In this document: positions 1-9,550 of the stretch, in pieces
How the letters are laid out: each line of letters starts with the position of its first letter
How positions within the stretch are numbered: the first letter of the stretch is position 1
Source of the DNA: Candidatus Micrarchaeia archaeon
GTDB taxonomy: Archaea > Micrarchaeota > Micrarchaeia > Micrarchaeales > CABMGC01
Reading direction: 5' to 3'
NCBI GenBank assembly: GCA_049964835.1
Contig: JBMFWW010000001.1
Span: forward strand, 3,589 to 67,588
DNA length: 64,000 bases
Translations under genes and position numbers: made by a program
The notes under the pieces: generated by a model
Database searches by the model: none
Seen by the model: the letters and a program-made list of their open reading frames with translations, nothing else
What the model was told of the DNA's origin: nothing

Positions 1-812
1 ATTTTGTAAGTAAGTATGGTTTTGCAAGCAAATATCCAATGAATTTGAGTATACTTGGGCATCTTAATGGCCTTTACTCATTATTTTACAACAAAAAATC
101 TCAAAGAAAGGAACAGATACGAGAGTTGTTAAAAGAGTACAGCAACGAGATACTAAAGCAGGTCGGTTGGGTATACTCTAAAAATGAAAGCCCTATAATA
201 ACAAGAATACGATCAGCAGCAATAGCATCATCTGGTATTGCAGGGGACATAAGCACAATAAATAAAGCCAAAAAACTATTTGAAAATTATATAAAATCAA
301 AAAAAGAGTTGGATCCAAATATAAAATCAGCAATATTTAGAATAGTCAGTAGGTATGGAAATAAAGAAACATTTAATATCATAAAGAAAAAGTATATCGA
401 AGAGCAAATACCCATAGAGAAAGCAAGATTTATGCAAACGCTTGGTCTTTTTAATAACAAAGATATAATAACCGAAGCGCTTGAATTTTCACTTTCAAAG
501 GAGGTTAGATTACAGGACACAGCAATACTTGTATCTATATGCTCTTCAAATCCAGAATTTTATTATCTAACACTTAAATGGATTATGAAAAACTGGAAGC
601 AGTTAATGAATAAGTTTAGTGAAGGAACACATATGCTTTCTAGATTTGTGGATGATTTTGCAATTATAAAAGAAAAGAAAGAAGCAAAAGAGTTTTCAAA
701 TTTCTTCTCAAAAAGTTCAAACATGCGTGGCGATCTTAAAAAATCTTTAAAACAAGCAAAAGAAATAATAGAAATAAACATATCCTTCTTAGAAAGAGAA
801 TCAAGGAGTTAG
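1..812 (+). CDS. M1-family aminopeptidase, C-terminal ERAP1_C-like domain (5' end cut by window)
   Basis: The frame is open from nt 3, with no stop before the listed ATG at 39. The helical C-terminal region resembles tricorn-interacting factor F2/F3 and ERAP1 C-terminal domains (LQDTAILVSICSSNPEFYYLTLKWIMKNW, SRFVDDFA). Confidence 0.6.
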   Translation, partial: FVSKYGFASKYPMNLSILGHLNGLYSLFYNKKSQRKEQIRELLKEYSNEILKQVGWVYSKNESPIITRIRSAAIASSGIAGDISTINKAKKLFENYIKSKKELDPNIKSAIFRIVSRYGNKETFNIIKKKYIEEQIPIEKARFMQTLGLFNNKDIITEALEFSLSKEVRLQDTAILVSICSSNPEFYYLTLKWIMKNWKQLMNKFSEGTHMLSRFVDDFAIIKEKKEAKEFSNFFSKSSNMRGDLKKSLKQAKEIIEINISFLERESRS

Positions 813-814
813 AA

Positions 815-2659
815 ATGGACTTTCTATTTAGGTTTGATGAGCCTAGACAACACCAAAAGCAGATGATAGAAGATATATACACCTCGCTTCAAGAGCAAAA
901 AAGCATCATAATAAATGCACCTACAGGAATAGGTAAAACAGATGCATCAATTGCAGCAACACTGACCTTTGCCATAAATAACAATCTTAACATCTTTTTT
1001 CTTACGCCAAAGACATCACAGCATAAAATTGTAATAGAGGCGCTTAGTGAAATAAATAGAAAATTCAACCTTAATCTAAAGTACATAGATTTTGTAGGTA
1101 AAAGAAACCTATGCGTAAATGAAAAGATAAATTACATGGAAGGCGAATCATTTTATAAAAGCTGTGAACAGTTAATCAGCAAGAAGGCATGCCCATACTA
1201 TACTAATTCTAAAGACTCATTAACAATAGCAACACTAGAAGAATATACAAAAGATGGCCATAATAGCTTTTTCCACAAATGCTTCGAAAAGGGTGTATGT
1301 GGTTACGAAGCTACGGCTGAGCTAGCTAAAAAAGCAAGATTCATAATAGCCGATTATGCACATTTCCTTAATCCCTATACTAAAAAAGCATTTTTAAAAA
1401 AGATAGGCCATTCTTTAGACAATTCAATAATAATATGGGATGAAGCACACAATATAATAAACACAGCTAGTTCTTATATGAACAGTTCAATGAGCACATA
1501 TACATTAAAAATGGCCGAACGTGAACTTACCTCTATAAAAAGTAATGTTGATATAAGCTATATGCGTTTTATGATTGAGAAAATAGCACAGAAGACATTA
1601 AAAGAAAAGAATTTAACCGAGGCATTTTTTCTAGGGGAGGATGCAAGAGCATCTCTCACATCTAATATAGAGTCAGTTTCTCAAGATTTGGAAAGAGCAG
1701 GTTTAGAGTATCTTACAAATTCAGGCGCAAAGCGCTCGTATTTAATTCAAATTTCTCGTTTTCTTGAAGCATTGAGCACAGAAAATGATTCTACTGCAAA
1801 AATAATCACCAAAAAAGGCGATGACATAAAGATGTCAATAATAACTTTGTATCCTGGCGCTGCTCTAGAGCCACTTCATGAAGCATACGCAAACATATTC
1901 ATGAGCGGAACCATACTTCCTTTAGAAATGCATAAAGAACTCTTCGGAATCAAAGATGCAAAGACAGCCAATTATCAATCTCCGTTTCCATCTTCAAATA
2001 AGCTGTGCATTATAGATACGGATATATCTACAAAATATGAAAATAGATCTATTGATCAATACAAACGAATAGCTGCAAAAATAACTAATATAAAGAATAG
2101 AGCAGATGGAAATGTAGTTGCGTTCTTTCCAAGCTTTGATTTTTTGAAAAGTGTTTATAGATATATGGAAATTCCTGTAGATTTTATTCAAAGAAGCGAT
2201 ATGAAAACTCAAGCAGTTGAAACGTTAATCTCATCTTTTAAAAAAAGCTCAAACTCTCTAATGTTCGGTGTAATAGGCGGAAGTCTAAGTGAAGGCATAG
2301 ATTATGCAAATAATGTTATAAAAGGCATAATTATAGTTGGCATTTCATTAGAAAAGCCAAATCTTGAACTCACTTCTAAAATAGAGTATATAAATAAGGT
2401 ATTTAACGGAAAAGGCAACGAGTATGTGTACTTCGTACCAGCCATAATGCGTTCGGTTCAGGCTGCAGGAAGAGCTATAAGAAGTGAAAATGATCGTGCA
2501 TTTGTAATCTTTATGGATAAACGATATGATTGGGGGATATACAAATTAATAATTAAAAATTTTATAAAAATAACAACCTCCGAAAATTATCTTAAATCAA
2601 TAGATGATTTCAATAAAGAAAAAACAAAACCAATAACTCCTTCAAATAGTAATCTCTAA
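815..2659 (+). CDS. xpd: XPD/Rad3-type 5'-3' DNA helicase with Fe-S domain
   Basis: Walker A APTGIGKT, DEAH-like WDEAHN, a Cys cluster between them (CVNEK..SCEQL..ACPYY..CGYE), and C-terminal helicase motifs SGT..EGIDY..QAAGRAIR. The ATG lies 2 nt after the upstream stop. Confidence 0.85.
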   Translation: MDFLFRFDEPRQHQKQMIEDIYTSLQEQKSIIINAPTGIGKTDASIAATLTFAINNNLNIFFLTPKTSQHKIVIEALSEINRKFNLNLKYIDFVGKRNLCVNEKINYMEGESFYKSCEQLISKKACPYYTNSKDSLTIATLEEYTKDGHNSFFHKCFEKGVCGYEATAELAKKARFIIADYAHFLNPYTKKAFLKKIGHSLDNSIIIWDEAHNIINTASSYMNSSMSTYTLKMAERELTSIKSNVDISYMRFMIEKIAQKTLKEKNLTEAFFLGEDARASLTSNIESVSQDLERAGLEYLTNSGAKRSYLIQISRFLEALSTENDSTAKIITKKGDDIKMSIITLYPGAALEPLHEAYANIFMSGTILPLEMHKELFGIKDAKTANYQSPFPSSNKLCIIDTDISTKYENRSIDQYKRIAAKITNIKNRADGNVVAFFPSFDFLKSVYRYMEIPVDFIQRSDMKTQAVETLISSFKKSSNSLMFGVIGGSLSEGIDYANNVIKGIIIVGISLEKPNLELTSKIEYINKVFNGKGNEYVYFVPAIMRSVQAAGRAIRSENDRAFVIFMDKRYDWGIYKLIIKNFIKITTSENYLKSIDDFNKEKTKPITPSNSNL

Positions 2660-2920
2660 TTCTCCAGAGCTATTTTCTTCAACGTTATAACTTTTTGTAT
2701 CCGTAACCCATGTTGTGTTTTCATTAGCTTTTCCTGTACTTATATCAAATGCACCACTATGCCATGGGCACACAATTTCATTACCATCAATATATCCCTC
2801 ACTAAGTGGCCCTTGTTCATGAGTACATTTTTCTTCTAAAGCATTTACCTTACCTTCATGTAAAATTATAACAAAACTTTTCCCTAAAATCCCGACTTTT
2901 ATAGGCTCATTTTCTCTCAA
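2642..2920 (-). CDS. Rieske [2Fe-2S] ferredoxin-like protein
   Basis: Rieske ligand motifs CTH...CPWH (CTHEQGPL, VCPWHSGAF). The only start in the open frame is TTG. Its 3' end overlaps the xpd 3' end by 18 nt (convergent). Confidence 0.7.
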   Translation of the reverse strand: MRENEPIKVGILGKSFVIILHEGKVNALEEKCTHEQGPLSEGYIDGNEIVCPWHSGAFDISTGKANENTTWVTDTKSYNVEENSSGELEITI

Positions 2921-3033
2921 TTCAGATTTTCTAATTCCTAATTTTTCCTTAGTTATAAAAACACCCTGATTATATTAGGTATATTTACATATTTATCTTT
3001 ACTCATACTTTATTTTTCTAGAGGTAAATAACT

Positions 3034-4116
3034 TTACAATTTATAAATTGTTCCTCTCCAAAGAATGTTTTTCATTCTGCTTGCTATCAATAAATTTATT
3101 TCGTATAAAAATGGAGCTATAAACACTATAACAAGCACCTTAGGATCTTTTGATCTAGACCTTTTATATGTTATAAAAGTACTTTTTAGTGTATGTATAA
3201 AGTATATTAGAAAAATAGGACTTATAAAAACAGTCAGAAAAATTCCTAATAAAATCAAAACTATCTCGGAAGTATAATACACAAGGCCTTCATAAAGATT
3301 TTTTCTATAGCCTAATAAGGTTAAAGCAGTTTGCCTATTAGCCCACTCAAAGAAGGTATCGAATGTTTCATCACAATTTACTATCGGTTTTGGTTTTCTT
3401 ACATATGCTATTTTCAGACCTTTACTTTTTGCTATTTTTGTTAATGAAATATCATCCGATACGGAGTATTTTGAGTTTGTAAAAAAGGTCAATGATTTTT
3501 TATCTAAAATATCTCTTCTAAAAGCAAGTGAGCCACCCCATCCGAAACGACGTTTCTCATTTTCAAGAAGACTGTCTCCAACAAAGCCCCATACCATTTT
3601 AACCTCAGACCAGAATTTATTCTTTAAAGGTTTAAAAAAGGGATACATAGTTGATAACCCAATTTTTTTGTCTGATAGCGGCGCAACTAACTGTGACAAC
3701 CATTCTTTACCAAACAAAACATCAGAATCAGCTATAACATATGTATCGTACTTTTGAAATCTTTTGATTGCCGTAGCTATAGCCCTTACCTTACCACTTC
3801 CATGCTCTTTATTGTTTGTAATTATATACTTTATTTTTGCATTCTTTATACTTTCTAATGCCAAATCAGTTTCTGTGTCTACTACTGCTATAACTTCATA
3901 ATTAGTATATGTTTGTTTTTTAACCGATAAAAGATTTTCATACAATTTTATGTCTCTTCCTTTGCAAGGAACAATTACAAGAACTCTACCTTTATAATTA
4001 GAGTAATCTCGTTTTTCGCTATCAACTCTTAAAAATGATGAGATGTCAAGTATTAAAATAAAAAGGAAAACAACTACTGAGAATGCAATTACAAAATAAA
4101 TAAAGATATTGTACAT
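3034..4116 (-). CDS. Membrane glycosyltransferase family 2
   Basis: N-terminal TM helix, GT-A core VIVPCKGRD and IADSDV (DxD), and C-terminal TM helices. It sits divergent to the GT4 phosphotransferase gene. Confidence 0.7.
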   Translation of the reverse strand: MYNIFIYFVIAFSVVVFLFILILDISSFLRVDSEKRDYSNYKGRVLVIVPCKGRDIKLYENLLSVKKQTYTNYEVIAVVDTETDLALESIKNAKIKYIITNNKEHGSGKVRAIATAIKRFQKYDTYVIADSDVLFGKEWLSQLVAPLSDKKIGLSTMYPFFKPLKNKFWSEVKMVWGFVGDSLLENEKRRFGWGGSLAFRRDILDKKSLTFFTNSKYSVSDDISLTKIAKSKGLKIAYVRKPKPIVNCDETFDTFFEWANRQTALTLLGYRKNLYEGLVYYTSEIVLILLGIFLTVFISPIFLIYFIHTLKSTFITYKRSRSKDPKVLVIVFIAPFLYEINLLIASRMKNILWRGTIYKL

Positions 4117-4245
4117 TAAATTTCCACACTTATATTGGAAATGTTTTATTTATATAGATTTCCTATTTCCATATAAAGTTGAAAAAAGTTGAAAAGTTGT
4201 TCTGTAATAGATAAATCTTTATTTATTATCTTCTTTATAAAATAC

Positions 4246-5286
4246 ATGTCTTACCATACTTTCCAAACAATTATAATACCTGCAATTGTTGTTTTCGCAG
4301 TTACCTACTTCGTAACAAAGTTTTTGATGGGTTATCTATTCGGAGCTGGAATAATAGCAGAAGATAGAAATAAGAAGGTTCCTGTCAAATTGCCAAGCAG
4401 CGGCGGTTTAGGCGTATCTTTCGGTATAATATTTGGAATACTCACATATATTTTTGGTGCTTCCTTTATCTTTCAAGCTGTAATTTCAATAGATAAGCTT
4501 TTTGCAGTAGCACTATCTATAATGTTAATAGCATTGGTAGGATTTATTGATGACATAAATGTAAAGAGAGAAAGAGAAAAATCAACAGATATGATGGATA
4601 TACGTGTTGGTCTTAAGCAATGGCAAAAGCCACTACTTACATTAATTGGGGCACTTCCATTAATGGCAATAAATGTGCATGCAGGCGCAGTAAATATGCC
4701 ATTTATAGGAAGCATAAGTTTTGGAATAATATATCCATTAATTATACTGCCTTTAGCTGTAATATTTATTTCAAATGCAGTAAATATCCTTGGTGGATTT
4801 GATGGATTACAGCCAGGCATGATACTAATAGCAAGCTTTGGACTTCTTTTATACTCTTTCTTTTATGGCAATTATATAGGTACATTTCTATCAGTACTAT
4901 TATTTTCATCAGTTCTAGCATTTCTCCCATTCAATATCTTTCCAGCTAAGATAATTCCTGGAGATAGCTTTACTTATGCAGTAGGAGCGGCATTTGCATC
5001 AATAGCGATAATGGGCAATGCAGAAGCATTTGCATTAATAATATTTATACCTTGGATAATTGAGTTCTTCTTACATTTAAGAAGAAAGTTTAAGGTTACT
5101 GATTTAGGAATATTACAAAAAGACGGAACAATGAAAGCTCCATATGGTAAGAAAATATACAGCTTAACACACTTAATAATGAATATTAAAAAAGCAAAAG
5201 AAGTAGATGTAAGTATTTATTTATGTGCTATGGAGATACTTTTTGTTCTCCTTGCATTTGGTCTTAAGTTCTTAGGTCTTCTATAA
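4246..5286 (+). CDS. Polyprenyl-phosphate GlcNAc-1-phosphate transferase (GT4, MraY/WecA/AglH family)
   Basis: Multi-TM protein with family motifs FIDDINV, NAVNILGGFDGL and PGDSFTY. I prefer the ATG at 4246 over the TTG at 4189 given in the ORF track. Confidence 0.75.
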   Translation: MSYHTFQTIIIPAIVVFAVTYFVTKFLMGYLFGAGIIAEDRNKKVPVKLPSSGGLGVSFGIIFGILTYIFGASFIFQAVISIDKLFAVALSIMLIALVGFIDDINVKREREKSTDMMDIRVGLKQWQKPLLTLIGALPLMAINVHAGAVNMPFIGSISFGIIYPLIILPLAVIFISNAVNILGGFDGLQPGMILIASFGLLLYSFFYGNYIGTFLSVLLFSSVLAFLPFNIFPAKIIPGDSFTYAVGAAFASIAIMGNAEAFALIIFIPWIIEFFLHLRRKFKVTDLGILQKDGTMKAPYGKKIYSLTHLIMNIKKAKEVDVSIYLCAMEILFVLLAFGLKFLGLL

Positions 5287-5549
5287 CTTAAAGGATAATT
5301 ATTTTTAGTATTGGAAATACCTGAAATACCTACTGCGTCATTGTTCTTAGTTAGTAGTATATCGGATTTTTTAATCAATCTTCTTCTTCCTGCATGTTCT
5401 GCATATCTGATTGCTCTATTTGTTATACTTTCTGCAAGCTTTTCAAGTTCTTTTTCAAGATTTAGTACCGCATCTTCAGTGACTTTCTCAGCGCCAGCCT
5501 CCCTTATGAATTGTTCTATATCATATAAACTGAATTTTCTTTCTGTCAA
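5217..5549 (-). CDS. Archaeal histone (HMf-type fold) with a roughly 42-aa basic C-terminal extension
   Basis: Residues 6-67 align by eye to HMfB (IREAGAEKVTEDAVLNLEKELEKLAESITNRAIRYAEHAGRRRLIKKSDI). The tail is ...YRRPKNLRPNARRTKSISIAHK. Confidence 0.85.
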   Translation of the reverse strand: MTERKFSLYDIEQFIREAGAEKVTEDAVLNLEKELEKLAESITNRAIRYAEHAGRRRLIKKSDILLTKNNDAVGISGISNTKNNYPLSYRRPKNLRPNARRTKSISIAHK

Positions 5550-5787
5550 TACATCACCAACCGAGATCTGTAGGGTATAAGTTAATAAGCTTTAAAAATG
5601 GTTCTATTACTTATCAAGTAGTGGAATTCTCATTCAAAGATATTATTGGCAAACTTATTTTTTACGGTAAATTGACGATATAACTTAGTTATACTTGAGT
5701 TCTGTGAAAAACAGCACATTCGTTTCTAGTATATACCTATAGATAAGCAATATATATCTTATTAAACACATATTCTCCTGTGATTTA

Positions 5788-6063
5788 ATGTCAAACCCCC
5801 ATAAATCAAAACGAAATGAACCAAAATTTAATTTAGATATAAATGCATTGGTAAGAAGAGGAGTTCCAGAAGAGCAGATAAGAGAGTTTATAATTTTATT
5901 GCCTTCTAACAGAGAAGATGAAAAAGTAGTAGCAGAACATCCAAAAGAGAAAAAAGCAGTTCATAATAGTATATTTGAACATTCATACTCATTAGAACAG
6001 TTATTAGAGCTTGAGAAGGCCGGTATTCTTAGTCTATTAAGGCCAAAAGAAAGGAAGGCATAA
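5788..6063 (+). CDS. Hypothetical small protein
   Basis: ATG ORF of 91 aa in an otherwise empty intergenic region. No recognisable motif. Confidence 0.3.
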   Translation: MSNPHKSKRNEPKFNLDINALVRRGVPEEQIREFIILLPSNREDEKVVAEHPKEKKAVHNSIFEHSYSLEQLLELEKAGILSLLRPKERKA

Positions 6064-6184
6064 AAAAGAATATAAAAACAGAGTAATAAAAGTCCACAAA
6101 ACTCAAAAAACAGAAAATAAACAGATAAAGAATTAGCAACACAAAATCGACATAATTGCGTCTACTTATTTAATTAATGCTTAA

Positions 6185-7441
6185 TTATTTTTTATGCTTC
6201 TTTATTTTTAATATTTTTTTTACCTTTTCTATTGCCTCTATCGCTTTGTCTACCTCTTCCCTTTCATTATAAAGATAAAAGCTCATCCGTGCAACTGCAG
6301 GTTCATTAAGTACCCTATTAACGAGTGGCATTGCACAATGATGCCCAGCTCTTATTGCTACCCCTTCGCTATTAAATATTGTTGCTACATCATGAGGATG
6401 TGCTCCAGTTATATTAAATGATATTACACCTGCCTTATTGCTAAAGTCATCTTTCGGTCTAGGGCCATAAACAACAATTCCTTCTGTTTTCGATAATTTA
6501 TCAAGTGCATATTTTGTAAGCTCTATTTCATGAGCTCTTATCTTGCTCATTGACTTATCATTAAGATACTCTATAGCTTTACCTAGACCTATACCTCCCT
6601 CTATATTGGAGGTTCCGGCTTCAAACTTCCATGGTAATTCATTCCACGTGCAGCTTTGGAACTCAACACTTCTTATCATATCTCCCCCGCCTATTATAGG
6701 TTCGGTCTTTTCTAGAAGTTCTTCTCTTCCGTATAAAATACCAATACCAGCTGGTCCAAGCATCTTGTGGCTTGAGAAAGCAAAAAAATCACAGCCTATC
6801 TCTTTCATATCTACTTTCATGTGAGGTACCGATTGCGCTCCGTCTATTAAAACTGTAGCTCCATACTCTTTAGCAGCTTTAGTTATTTGCTTTGCATCGT
6901 TTATAGTACCTAAAACATTTGAAACATGAGTGAATGAAACGAGTTTTGGTCTTTCTTCTTCTAGCTTTTCCATGTAGTCGTGCATGTCTAGCTCTCCGTT
7001 TTCAACATTTGCATATACTAACTTAGCGTCCTTTCTTTTTGCAAGCAAAATCCACGGAACTATATTACTGTGGTGTTCCATTTGTGTTATGAGTATGCTA
7101 TCACCGCTCTTTATATTTTGTTCAGCCCATGATAGCGCAACTAGATTTATTGCTTCTGTAGTGTTTTTACAGTAAATTATATTTCTATAAGACTCAGCAT
7201 TTATGAATTTAGCAACATCTTCCTTTGATTTTGTATAAGCTTCTGTAGCTTTTACAGATATATCATAAAGTCCTCTATGTATATTTGCATTATACTCTTT
7301 GTAATAGGTAGTTATTCCATCTATTACTAAATTTGGTTTTTGTGATGTAGCTGCACTGTCAAGATAAACAAGTTTTTTGCCCATATTTTTTGTATTCAAT
7401 ATAGGAAAATCTTCTCTAATTTTTTTAACGTCTAGTTCCAT
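6185..7441 (-). CDS. sufS: Cysteine desulfurase SufS (class V aminotransferase)
   Basis: PLP-lysine motif SSHKMLGP, active-site loop RAGHHCA, and HHSN. I prefer the ATG at 7441 (MELDVKKIREDFPIL). Confidence 0.85.
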   Translation of the reverse strand: MELDVKKIREDFPILNTKNMGKKLVYLDSAATSQKPNLVIDGITTYYKEYNANIHRGLYDISVKATEAYTKSKEDVAKFINAESYRNIIYCKNTTEAINLVALSWAEQNIKSGDSILITQMEHHSNIVPWILLAKRKDAKLVYANVENGELDMHDYMEKLEEERPKLVSFTHVSNVLGTINDAKQITKAAKEYGATVLIDGAQSVPHMKVDMKEIGCDFFAFSSHKMLGPAGIGILYGREELLEKTEPIIGGGDMIRSVEFQSCTWNELPWKFEAGTSNIEGGIGLGKAIEYLNDKSMSKIRAHEIELTKYALDKLSKTEGIVVYGPRPKDDFSNKAGVISFNITGAHPHDVATIFNSEGVAIRAGHHCAMPLVNRVLNEPAVARMSFYLYNEREEVDKAIEAIEKVKKILKIKKHKK

Positions 7442-7562
7442 TATCAACTATCTCATTAATTATTATTCTTAATACCTTATTTTTCACAATACTTTTCTTA
7501 AATAAAGTCCATTAGTTATTTTCTGATTTATATTTATTGATATAAGTTATTGAAATTATCTT

Positions 7563-8285
7563 TTATGTATAACCTTTTTCTTCAATTTCTCTTATTAATT
7601 CTTTACCCCCCTCTTTCACTATCTTTCCATCTATCATTACGTGTATAAATTGGGGCTGCATATACTCTAATATTCTACTATAATGTGTTATTACAAGAAG
7701 GCTCATATCTCTTTCTTTTTGCATCTTGTCTACATTCGTCGCAACTATTTTTAGTGCATCTACATCTAATCCTGAATCGGGCTCATCAAGTATTGCTAAC
7801 TTTGGTTTCAAAATGTGCATCTGAAGTATCTCCGCCTTTTTCTTTTCACCACCTGAAAAACCATGGTTTAATGATCTTCCAATCAACTCCTCCTTAAGTG
7901 CAAGTTCTTTTGATGTATCTTTTATCTCTGACATAAACTCTTTGAACTGCAATGGTTTTTCTGTTATTGCGCCTCTTGCAGTATTTAAGAAGTTAAGAAA
8001 ACCAAGACCCTCTATTTCTATGGGATTTTGAAACTGCAAAAATATTCCAAGCTTTGCTCTTTCATTAGGTTTCATATCATTTATTTTTTTACCATCAACT
8101 AATATTTCACCATCTGTTATCTTAAGCTGTGGATGGCCCATTATTGCCTTTGCAAGTGTGGTCTTTCCGGATCCATTCGGACCCATTATTACATGCATCT
8201 CTCCTTCGTTAATAGAAAGATTTACTCCCTTAACTACCTCCTTACCATCTATTTCTATATGTAAATTTTTTATTTCCAATTTCAT
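7563..8285 (-). CDS. sufC: Fe-S cluster assembly ATPase SufC
   Basis: Walker A GPNGSGKTT, ABC signature FSGGEKK, Walker B ILDEPDSGLD. The ATG at 8285 gives MKLEIKNLHIEI. Confidence 0.9.
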   Translation of the reverse strand: MKLEIKNLHIEIDGKEVVKGVNLSINEGEMHVIMGPNGSGKTTLAKAIMGHPQLKITDGEILVDGKKINDMKPNERAKLGIFLQFQNPIEIEGLGFLNFLNTARGAITEKPLQFKEFMSEIKDTSKELALKEELIGRSLNHGFSGGEKKKAEILQMHILKPKLAILDEPDSGLDVDALKIVATNVDKMQKERDMSLLVITHYSRILEYMQPQFIHVMIDGKIVKEGGKELIREIEEKGYT

Positions 8286-8286
8286 T

Positions 8287-9534
8287 TTATTCACCCTTTG
8301 TTGCTGAAAGCCAGATGCCCTTTGTTGTTATATCCTCTATTACTCCATATTTGTCATTATCCAATCGGCTTAACAATATAGAAGAGGCAATCTCTTTAGC
8401 AGAACTGTCTTTAATATTAAAAAGATACTTGTTTATGAATGAGCTAATAAACATCTTTCTTGCTTGTTTTTCATCTATTCCTCTAGAAATGATATAGAAT
8501 AACGCCTCCTTGTCTATCGGAGATGTTGCTGCGCTGTGTGTTGCTGAAACTTCATCACTATAATCTATGGACATATCTGGCAAAGCATCTATATGCGCCT
8601 TTTCACTTATTATTATGCCGCGTTCATTTACTCTAGATATCGCACCTTTTGTATACTTATTTACCTTTGCATAACCTTTCAATACACATCTTGATTCGCC
8701 ATCAAGTACAACGCCAGTTTCAAGATGAGTTTTTGTTCTCTCTTTAGCATTTATTAAATATGTATTGATATCAAATTTCTGTTCAAATCCTCCATAAACT
8801 ACTTCATTAACATCGATATTGCTTTCAACACCCAAGGCATCGAAGTAATTTATTGACTTTGTCATTTTCGAACCGTTATAAACAAAGTTCGCGTTTATCT
8901 TTCCGCCACCTTCTGCAACTCCTTTAGATAGGTTTAAAAATGTGGTTTTACTGCTGCAGTTGTTTATCAAATTTATTTCCAGAGAAGATCCTTTTCTAAC
9001 ATTAAATTCATGAAGTACTGCTTCTATAGATTCATTTTCACAGCACGAAACAAAGAACTCTGATACATTCAAATTTGAATTTTCAGAAAGATCAAAATGC
9101 AGTTGCGTCATATTATCCGAATCATTTATAAACAAAATATTTATTTTATCATGCGAAGTTGGTCCTATTTTGCATACAAATAAATTTTCAGAATATGCAT
9201 TTAAGAATGCGCCAAGCTTATTGTCTTTATTTTTAAAAATCTTCTCCTCAAGTTCTTTATCAGAAAGTTCTTTCATTTTTTTGATTTGAATTATTTTGCT
9301 GTTGTTTTTTATATAACTTTTCGATATTATTAAATCGAACTCTATCCTTGTCTTATTTTCCATATTTTTTACTAGCTCCTTAACCTCATTTTCATTATTT
9401 GTTGTATCTTTTTGAGCGTTGTTCTGAGGCAGTTTTATTGGTATATAATATCTTTTATACAGTTCGTTCATCTCGTCGGGTAGTTTTTCATACTGTTCAA
9501 TCGCATCTGCTCTGAACTCATTGTAATTAACCAT
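8287..9534 (-). CDS. sufD: Fe-S cluster assembly protein SufD
   Basis: SufB/SufD-family beta-helix C-terminal region (GVVLDGESRCVLKGYAKV..., ATHSAATSPIDKEALFYIISRGI). Positioned between sufB and sufC. Confidence 0.75.
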   Translation of the reverse strand: MVNYNEFRADAIEQYEKLPDEMNELYKRYYIPIKLPQNNAQKDTTNNENEVKELVKNMENKTRIEFDLIISKSYIKNNSKIIQIKKMKELSDKELEEKIFKNKDNKLGAFLNAYSENLFVCKIGPTSHDKINILFINDSDNMTQLHFDLSENSNLNVSEFFVSCCENESIEAVLHEFNVRKGSSLEINLINNCSSKTTFLNLSKGVAEGGGKINANFVYNGSKMTKSINYFDALGVESNIDVNEVVYGGFEQKFDINTYLINAKERTKTHLETGVVLDGESRCVLKGYAKVNKYTKGAISRVNERGIIISEKAHIDALPDMSIDYSDEVSATHSAATSPIDKEALFYIISRGIDEKQARKMFISSFINKYLFNIKDSSAKEIASSILLSRLDNDKYGVIEDITTKGIWLSATKGE

Positions 9535-9550
9535 AATATTACCTATTTGT

